Assembly (NCBI GenBank): GCA_013286805.1
Contig: JABDEY010000002.1
Span: forward strand, 1,629-65,628
Reading direction: 5' to 3'
DNA from: Bacteroidota bacterium
Lineage (GTDB): Bacteria > Bacteroidota > Bacteroidia > JABDFU01
Length of the DNA stretch: 64,000 nt
Made by a program: the position numbers and the translations under genes. A model generated the notes under the pieces. That model was given only the letters and a program-made list of their open reading frames with translations, searched no databases and had not been told where the DNA came from. Each line of letters begins with the position of its first letter. The stretch's first letter is position 1. Shown one piece after another: positions 57,255-64,000 of the stretch.

Positions 57255-58478
57255 GTGAATAAGACTTTCCGGTATTTTCTATTATGTGTACTGGTAAGTA
57301 TATTGCCGGTTTCCTGTGATGTTCAGAAAAGGCGTTACCAGCCAGGGTATTTTATTCAAATGAGAAGTTCCTTGCCGGGCAGACCTTATCTACCAGGGAA
57401 GTATATAGCAAGAAATTTAGCAAAGAATTTACCAAAGGATAATACGGACGATTCTTCTCTGACGGCTTTTGATTCTCAAAGCCAGTCATGGCTTAAAAAC
57501 GCTCTGCCTGTTTCTATAGAAAATAAACAGCTGCATACGAATGGAATACTTGCAGAATCCCGGCACAATCAAGTGACAGTTCCACTTGAAAAAGCAACTA
57601 ATACTATAAACAAAGGTAAGTGCGGGGGAGGCCATACGCCGACTCCAGGAAAGGAAAAAGCGGTTAGCAGTCCCGGCCCGGTAAAGAATAAAGAATATGA
57701 AAACCTTATGCTTGCCCTTTTAGCCGGTGCGGGTTCTGGTTTGTTATTATTGGGAATACGAAGTGGTATAAAGAAATACAGAGCTTACAATTTCGCGAAA
57801 AAAACCAAGGAGGAAATTGCCAATATGGCAGACAGGCTTGACAGATGCGCCGACAGGTTTGCAAATGCAAAGAATGATAGGGTGGAGTTAGCTGCACGCA
57901 AAGCAGCAATTGCAATTCATAAATGTGATGATCTTAGCAGAGCAAAAGAACTTGAGAAAGCATTTAACGATCATTATCTTTCTTCCTTACAGGCTTCTGC
58001 TGTACAGCATTTAAAGTTAAATAAATTTTTAAGTGCTGATGCAGGGTATGGCACGCTGAAACCTGATGTTGTGACAACAACGGGGGGCTTTTATAAAAAC
58101 AGTGCCGGTTCCTTAAGCTGGACAATGGGAGAACCTGTTTCAGAGACCGTTTCCAACAGCGGCAATACCCTTACACAAGGGTTTCAACAGGGATCGTATT
58201 CGGTAGCAACAGTTGTTGATGAGTTAGCTCAGCCAGCTACTAATATATCTGTAGGTCCTAACCCCGTCACTTCATTGTTAAATGTCAGAAGCGACTCCAG
58301 CGATCCTATCCGTGCAAAGACAATTGATATGCAGGGTAAAATTGTTTATGAACAACTTTTCGAAAATGGACAAGGTCAGATAGATTTAAGCAATCTTTCA
58401 GATGAAATTTATATTTTAGAAGTTTATGACAAGGAGGGAAACAGAATAAAAGTATTTAAAATACAGAAAGTAGATTAA
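57255..58478 (+). CDS. Chimeric lipoprotein-TM / T9SS type A domain protein
   Basis: Lipobox PVSC + KRRYQPGY; TM at ~aa151-168; from aa270 VVTTTGG...SLSWTMGEPV...LTQGFQQ + VGPNP CTD ending FKIQKVD. Confidence 0.7.
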   Translation: MNKTFRYFLLCVLVSILPVSCDVQKRRYQPGYFIQMRSSLPGRPYLPGKYIARNLAKNLPKDNTDDSSLTAFDSQSQSWLKNALPVSIENKQLHTNGILAESRHNQVTVPLEKATNTINKGKCGGGHTPTPGKEKAVSSPGPVKNKEYENLMLALLAGAGSGLLLLGIRSGIKKYRAYNFAKKTKEEIANMADRLDRCADRFANAKNDRVELAARKAAIAIHKCDDLSRAKELEKAFNDHYLSSLQASAVQHLKLNKFLSADAGYGTLKPDVVTTTGGFYKNSAGSLSWTMGEPVSETVSNSGNTLTQGFQQGSYSVATVVDELAQPATNISVGPNPVTSLLNVRSDSSDPIRAKTIDMQGKIVYEQLFENGQGQIDLSNLSDEIYILEVYDKEGNRIKVFKIQKVD

Positions 58479-58497
58479 CAACATTTAATAATTCAAA

Positions 58498-59025
58498 ATG
58501 AAAAAACAGTTAGGATTTATTTCGGTACTTCTGTTCGTATCGTGCACGTGTACATTTGGGCAGGCGCCTCAGTCATTCAAGTATCAAACTAAAGCAAAAG
58601 ATGCTTCAGGAAATAATATAGTGAACAAAAGTGTATCGTTCAGGATGAGTATAGTACAAGGTACTATGTCAGGCGCTATAGTTTATAAAGAAACCGATAC
58701 TGCAACTACAAACCTGTATGGCCTGGCTACTTTAGATATTGGAAATGGCACAGTCATTAAGGGAAGTATGTCTGCAATTAACTGGAGTAATGGACCTTAT
58801 TTTATTAAAATAGAATTTGACCCAAATGGTGGAAGCAATTTTACGTTAATGGGAATATCACAAATGTTATCGGTGCCCTATGCGCTATACTCACAATCAA
58901 CTGGTGCCGTATATTCTAAAACGCCGGGACAGGGAATGATCCTTACTTCACCTAATGGCAATTGCTGGCAAATAACTGTTAGTGATACCGGTGTCATTAC
59001 GGCTGCAGCTGTTACGTGCCCATAA
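58498..59025 (+). CDS. Short member of the Bacteroidota QAPQ.F.YQ...SVPYALY fibre-type exported family
   Basis: GQAPQSFKYQ, VYKET, INWSNGPYFIKIEFDPNGG, QMLSVPYALY, then ILTSPNGNCWQITVSDTG. Confidence 0.75.
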   Translation: MKKQLGFISVLLFVSCTCTFGQAPQSFKYQTKAKDASGNNIVNKSVSFRMSIVQGTMSGAIVYKETDTATTNLYGLATLDIGNGTVIKGSMSAINWSNGPYFIKIEFDPNGGSNFTLMGISQMLSVPYALYSQSTGAVYSKTPGQGMILTSPNGNCWQITVSDTGVITAAAVTCP

Positions 59026-59030
59026 TCTTT

Positions 59031-60077
59031 TCATTCTAACAAGGGAGCTAATCGTTTTCCAATAAGTTCAATCGAATTCATGAGTTTTTTGTGCGGTAAA
59101 GCTGCATTGTCCATTTGAAATGTGAATCTTGAAATTCCGCCAAGGGCGGCGCTATGTCTTAGAATTTTGGCGGCCAGCTCTTCGGGACTACCAACCAATA
59201 GGGCACCTAATGGCCCATTTTGAGCATTAAATCTTGAAGGGGTAACGGGTGGCCAGCCCCTCTCCTTTCCGATTCGTGTAAAAGTTTCAGCATAGCCAGG
59301 GTAATAATCTGCAATTGCTTCTTCTGCGGAATTCGCCACATACCCAAGCGAGTGTAAGCCTACTTTTATTTTTTCGGGTGTATGTCCTGCTTTTGCACCA
59401 GCTTGTCTGTATAAGTCTACCAGGGGCCTGAACCGGTGCGTTTCTCCTCCAATTACCGCCACCATCAGCGGTAGCCCAAGTGCGCCGGCACGTATAAAGG
59501 ATTCCGGAGTACCACCAACACCTAACCAGATTGGTAAAGGATGTTGCAGGGGCCTTGGGTAAATGGATTGATTATTGAGTGCAGGACGGAATTTTCCTGA
59601 CCAGTTGACGATCTCATTTTCACGAATGTTTAGCAACAGGCCGAGTTTTTCTGAAAAAAGTGCATCATAATCCTGGAAGCTAAAACCAAACAGCGGAAAA
59701 GCTTCTGTAAATGAACCCCGTCCTACCACCATTTCTGCCCGGCCCTGAGAAATCAAATCAAGAGTTGCAAAGTTTTGAAATACCCTCACCGGATCGGCGG
59801 CACTTAATACGGTTACGGCACTTGTAAGCCGAATATTTTTTGTACGTGCAGCTGCAGCAGCGAGAATCAAAGAGGGTGCTGAATCCAGAAATTCTTTGCG
59901 GTGATGTTCCCCTATACCAAAAACATCCAGACCCACTTTGTCTGCATGTTCAATTCTTTCAAGCAATTCGGCCATAGCATGCATATTGCTGATGGCATTT
60001 GCCGGATCATTGTCAGTGTCTTTGACGGGTGTTGCAGCAGCGAAACTGTCAATTCCTATTTCCATAATTCTCTTCAT
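59031..60077 (-). CDS. LLM class flavin-dependent oxidoreductase
   Basis: MEIGIDSF, FGIGEHHR, LTSAVTVLSAADPVRVFQ, GRGSF; start may be 60065. Confidence 0.93.
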   Translation of the reverse strand: MKRIMEIGIDSFAAATPVKDTDNDPANAISNMHAMAELLERIEHADKVGLDVFGIGEHHRKEFLDSAPSLILAAAAARTKNIRLTSAVTVLSAADPVRVFQNFATLDLISQGRAEMVVGRGSFTEAFPLFGFSFQDYDALFSEKLGLLLNIRENEIVNWSGKFRPALNNQSIYPRPLQHPLPIWLGVGGTPESFIRAGALGLPLMVAVIGGETHRFRPLVDLYRQAGAKAGHTPEKIKVGLHSLGYVANSAEEAIADYYPGYAETFTRIGKERGWPPVTPSRFNAQNGPLGALLVGSPEELAAKILRHSAALGGISRFTFQMDNAALPHKKLMNSIELIGKRLAPLLE

Positions 60078-60080
60078 TCA

Positions 60081-60641
60081 TCAGACCTTCCAGTCCACCG
60101 CTTTTATTACATCCGCCTGCCTGGGGAAGATTTTAGTTGTGAGTACGCGGTGAACTTCCTCATCCATATCGGCACAGCAATCAGCAAGAACAGTGATTCT
60201 GTAATCTTTATCTGATGCTTCACGCAAGGTGGATAATACCACCCCGCTGGTGGCGATGCCCGAAAGTACTATGTGTTTTATTCCTTTCGATCTTAACACT
60301 ACTTCGAGGTCGCTTCCTGTAAATGCACTGACACGTTTTTTGGTTACAATAAGGTCTGATGTTTGTGGTGCAACAGATGAATGCACGCGGGTCGCCTCTT
60401 CATTATCAAAATCCCTCCCACTGGTCTTTAAGGTGGAAAACATTTTATTTTCCGGGCTGGCTTCAGGATATCCTTTTCTAAATCCAATGACCACATAGAT
60501 TACAGGTATATTGTTGCTTCGGGCTGTTTGAATTGCTGTATTAATAGAGTTCGTAAGTGGTTTACTGTCTGTCAGCATTTTTACGGTAGCTTCCTGAACA
60601 TCCATTACTAACAAGGCAGTATTTTGATTGTTTGGTTCCAT
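60081..60641 (-). CDS. Isochorismatase/cysteine hydrolase family protein
   Basis: TALLVMDVQ, KKRVSAFTGSDL, GIATSGVVLSTLR. Confidence 0.9.
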   Translation of the reverse strand: MEPNNQNTALLVMDVQEATVKMLTDSKPLTNSINTAIQTARSNNIPVIYVVIGFRKGYPEASPENKMFSTLKTSGRDFDNEEATRVHSSVAPQTSDLIVTKKRVSAFTGSDLEVVLRSKGIKHIVLSGIATSGVVLSTLREASDKDYRITVLADCCADMDEEVHRVLTTKIFPRQADVIKAVDWKV

Positions 60642-60676
60642 TGCTTAATTTGTATATTTATATAAAATGTCTTTGA

Positions 60677-62494
60677 ATGATTAAACGTATATTTATTCTT
60701 CTCCCCGCTTTCCTGTTGGGTACTTGTTTAGTTGCCCAAACGATACTTGGTGTTGATGTTTCTTCCTATGAAGGTACTATTAATTGGGTGAGTGTAAAAT
60801 CAGCGGGATATACTTTTGCTTTTGCCAAAGCTACCGAAGGTGTAGGACTTACAGATGCTTATTTCGTTGGTAATGAAGTGAATGGTACTGCTGCAGGTAT
60901 GATCATGGGTGCTTACCATTTTGCCCATCCGGAGAATAATACTGCTACAGCTGAAGCGAATTATTTTCTGAGTATAGCAGGGCCCTATATCAAAGCTTGT
61001 CACCTACCTCCTGTCCTTGATCTGGAAGATCCTCCAACCGGCCCTAGCCTATCGGCCTTTTTTACTTCTGCTCAGTTAACAAGCTGGGTTCAGCTTTGGA
61101 TGTCAACGGTTCAAAGTGCTACAGGGATTGCACCCATTATCTATATAGGTCCAAGTAATGCAGCTTACGTTAACAGTTCCTTAAATACTATAGGGTTATG
61201 GATTGATGATTATAACAGCAGCCCAACAACACCTCCTCCAAACATCGGAGTTTGGAAGAGCTGGGATTTTAAGCAATACTCCTGGACCGGAACTGTGCCT
61301 GGAATCAGTGGCAGCAATGCTATTGATATGGATGTTTTTAACGGGAGCATGAATCAATTTAATACATTAGCAGGATGCAATGCAGTATTGGCGGATTTCA
61401 CTTCAAATGTAAGATCAACCTGTCCGGGATCATCCGTCAGCTTTACTGATAAAAGCACAACTACCGGAATCATTACCGGGTGGAAGTGGACATTTTCAGG
61501 TGGCAACCCTGATACTTCCACAATGCAAAACCCGGTTGTTCAATACAGTTCTCCAGGCATCTACAGCGTTAAAGAAGTTGTGACGAGCTCCTCTGCAGGT
61601 AAAGATTCGCTCACCTATGTGTCCTGCATTAATATTGCTGCAAGCGCATCACTTCCTCTTGTTGAAAGTTTTCAATCTTCTGTCTTTCCTCCACCCGGAT
61701 GGTATTCGAATTTGCCAAAATCAACGGACAGTATCTGGGAATTATGCACAACAACGGGTTACAGCAGTACACAGTGCATGTATTTTCCTGCCAATTGCGG
61801 ACAAACAGTAAATATTACCGGCGAAAGGCAGGAGATTTTTACCCCTAATTTCAATTTTGTCAATGCTACGAAATCTGAAATGTGGTTTGATGTGGCTTAT
61901 GAACCCAGTACAGTTCCTACCTATAGTGATACGCTTGAAATCTATTCTTCTGTTGATTGCGGGGCTACCTGGAAGAGTATCTACTCCAAAGGCGGTATGA
62001 CACTTTGCACAACCGGGAGTAGTACAGGGGCTGGTACCGATACGGCCGGCAGCCACGGAAAGGGTTGTTTTGTGCCCCCCAGCCTGAAAGCATGGAGGAC
62101 AGATTCTATCAATCTTACCGCTTTGAATGGACAGCCGAATGTGATGTTCTCATTTGAAAATCGTTCTGGCTGGGGTAATATTATTTATCTTGACAATATT
62201 AATATCACAGGCAATAAGTCAACTGGGATTGAGAACATAACCGGCATGGCTGAGGTAAAAGTTTATCCTAATCCAAACACCGGTTCTTTTTTTATTTCGT
62301 TTTCAGACAAATTTCAGGAAAGGGTTTATTTAATGCTATATGATGTATGGGGCCGGCAGGTTTATTATACGGCTGTTAATTCTGCTGTAACCCAGCTTAA
62401 TCCGGAAGTTAAAGCAGGTGTTTACTTTTACAGAGTCCTGACAGACAAGGGCGATCAGTTTATTTCAGATGGTAAGATTATCATTCAGCAGTAG
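60677..62494 (+). CDS. Secreted GH25 muramidase + PKD + beta-sandwich + T9SS CTD
   Basis: GVDVSSYEG, AKATEG, GAYHF, PPVLDLE, QYSWTG, DMDVF; WTFSGG...NPVVQY PKD; VYPNP...GVYFY...KIIIQQ. Confidence 0.9.
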   Translation: MIKRIFILLPAFLLGTCLVAQTILGVDVSSYEGTINWVSVKSAGYTFAFAKATEGVGLTDAYFVGNEVNGTAAGMIMGAYHFAHPENNTATAEANYFLSIAGPYIKACHLPPVLDLEDPPTGPSLSAFFTSAQLTSWVQLWMSTVQSATGIAPIIYIGPSNAAYVNSSLNTIGLWIDDYNSSPTTPPPNIGVWKSWDFKQYSWTGTVPGISGSNAIDMDVFNGSMNQFNTLAGCNAVLADFTSNVRSTCPGSSVSFTDKSTTTGIITGWKWTFSGGNPDTSTMQNPVVQYSSPGIYSVKEVVTSSSAGKDSLTYVSCINIAASASLPLVESFQSSVFPPPGWYSNLPKSTDSIWELCTTTGYSSTQCMYFPANCGQTVNITGERQEIFTPNFNFVNATKSEMWFDVAYEPSTVPTYSDTLEIYSSVDCGATWKSIYSKGGMTLCTTGSSTGAGTDTAGSHGKGCFVPPSLKAWRTDSINLTALNGQPNVMFSFENRSGWGNIIYLDNINITGNKSTGIENITGMAEVKVYPNPNTGSFFISFSDKFQERVYLMLYDVWGRQVYYTAVNSAVTQLNPEVKAGVYFYRVLTDKGDQFISDGKIIIQQ

Positions 62495-62535
62495 TGGGAT
62501 GAATTATTCTGTTTTATTTTTACTCAATCGCGTTT

Positions 62536-63048
62536 ATGAATAAACTCTATTCGCTTGCCCGCAAAGCAAAAACATCTTCTTTCTATTTGTGGTTACTGAA
62601 TCTGGTGTTGCTTCGTGCTATTCCTTTCAACAAGCCCCACCGTCTAAAGATTTCTGCTATTTCCGATACTGAAATTTCCGTTACCGCCTTTAACAAGCGG
62701 TATAATCAGAATCACATCAAGGGAATTCACGCCTGCTTACTGGCTACTTTGTGTGAATATGTATCGGGTCTGAGTCTCACGATGCATTTGCCGGCCAATG
62801 AATACCGCATTATACTTAAGACGATACAAATGACCTATCACTATCAGGCCAAGCTGGATGTATCAGTAAAATTTAAACTTGACAGGGAGGAAATTGAGAA
62901 AGCAATTCTGGTTCCTTTAAAGACAGAAGATGCTGTATTCAGGGAATTTACGGTTGATGCTTACGATACTGCCAGTAATCATATTTGCACTGGTTTAATT
63001 AACTGGCAGATTAAAGCCTGGAAGAATGCTAAACTGAAGATCAGCTGA
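62536..63048 (+). CDS. DUF4442 / hot-dog-fold thioesterase-like protein
   Basis: IPFNKPH, NQNHIKGIHACLLATLCEY, YHYQAK. Confidence 0.75.
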   Translation: MNKLYSLARKAKTSSFYLWLLNLVLLRAIPFNKPHRLKISAISDTEISVTAFNKRYNQNHIKGIHACLLATLCEYVSGLSLTMHLPANEYRIILKTIQMTYHYQAKLDVSVKFKLDREEIEKAILVPLKTEDAVFREFTVDAYDTASNHICTGLINWQIKAWKNAKLKIS

Positions 63049-63073
63049 AAGGCCTGTAAATCTTATTCAGTTT

Positions 63074-64000
63074 ATGCTTAAACATACTTTACAACTCTAC
63101 AAAACCTCATTCACCGGGCTTTCCAGGCAGACCTGGCTGCTTTCGCTTGTTATGTTAATTAACAGAAGCGGAACAATGGTTGTGCCTTTTATGACCTTGT
63201 ACCTCACAGGGAAAGGCATGCACAGGACTTTAAGCGAAGCCGGCACTGTCATGGGATTGTTTGGTCTTGGTGCCATCATTGGTGCCTGGATTGGAGGCAG
63301 GCTTTCTGATAAAATTGGATTTCATAAGATACAATTGGCTACTCTTTTTATGGGAGGAATTATGTTTATTGTTTTGGGACAGATAAAGTCATACGAGCTG
63401 ATTTGCATTGCTACTTTTGTTTTAAGTCTGGTTAATGAGGCCTTCCGGCCTGCCAATTCTTCTGCGGTTGCTTTCTACAGCAAACCGGAAAACAGGACAC
63501 GGTCTTACTCTTTAAACCGGCTTGCTATAAATCTGGGCTGGGCTGTGGGCGCTTCTTTGGGAGGTCTGATCGCTTCTTATAATTATGAACTGTTGTTCTG
63601 GATAGACGGAGGAACTAATCTGGGAGCGGCCTTGCTTTTGTTTTATTATTTAACTCCATCCGGCAATTCTGAGAAAAGCGTCAAGGGTTTGTCTGAAGAA
63701 ATTGAAATGAATGTGTCTCAAAAAAATGAAAGCTCCGCCCTCCTGTCAAATCCTGCCCGCTCTGCCTATCAGGATAAAATTTACCTTGGATTTATTTTTC
63801 TGGTAAGCCTTTTTGCTTTTTGTTTCTTTCAGTTATTCACGACCGTTCCAAAATACTTCCGTGATAACCTGCATCTGACGGAGCGTTTTATTGGATTTAC
63901 CATGGCATTGAACGGGCTGGTAATTGTTGGTACTGAAATGATTTTAGTTTACAGTCTGGAGGGCAAGAAAAATAATCTGGTTTATATTATTTTTGGAATG
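63074..64000 (+). CDS. MFS transporter (5' part; runs off the window end; missing from the ORF track)
   Basis: Manual translation from ATG 63074: MLKHTLQLYKTSFTGLSRQTWLLSLVMLINRSGTMVVPF...GGRLSDKIG (MFS motif A)...EAFRPAN...NRLAINLGWAVG. Confidence 0.93.
   Translation, partial: MLKHTLQLYKTSFTGLSRQTWLLSLVMLINRSGTMVVPFMTLYLTGKGMHRTLSEAGTVMGLFGLGAIIGAWIGGRLSDKIGFHKIQLATLFMGGIMFIVLGQIKSYELICIATFVLSLVNEAFRPANSSAVAFYSKPENRTRSYSLNRLAINLGWAVGASLGGLIASYNYELLFWIDGGTNLGAALLLFYYLTPSGNSEKSVKGLSEEIEMNVSQKNESSALLSNPARSAYQDKIYLGFIFLVSLFAFCFFQLFTTVPKYFRDNLHLTERFIGFTMALNGLVIVGTEMILVYSLEGKKNNLVYIIFGM

Overview
Chromosomal segment of an aerobic, gliding, T9SS-rich Bacteroidota bacterium (evidence: gldD/gldE, a PorP/SprF gene, many type-A T9SS C-terminal domains, TAnnTTTG promoters, heme-copper oxidase subunit III/IV genes). 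Housekeeping genes (mutS partial, trmH-like, folK, sppA, nadD, fumC, prfB with +1 frameshift, cyoE-coxIII-coxIII-coxIV-sco, uvrC, mfd, ssb, mutY, recJ, DAHP synthase/chorismate mutase) are interleaved with about nine secreted T9SS cargo genes. I saw no rRNA, tRNA, CRISPR array, transposase, integrase or reverse transcriptase. Most notable observations: (1) a GH16-like domain split by a ~650-aa beta-propeller insertion, with an altered catalytic motif and no T9SS signal, encoded right after an S74-chaperone fibre protein that has one; (2) an ECF sigma / dual-membrane-spanning anti-sigma locus whose putative promoter (ACCCAACCTT-N12-TTCGTGT) recurs exactly in front of four T9SS cargo genes; (3) a ~44-bp palindromic REP-like element found twice at gene boundaries and once, decayed, in frame inside mfd; (4) a T9SS cargo / PID-CTERM-like micro-protein / exosortase triplet; (5) many short tandem expansions and an SSB lacking its acidic tail. 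All family assignments are by eye from motifs; no database search was run.
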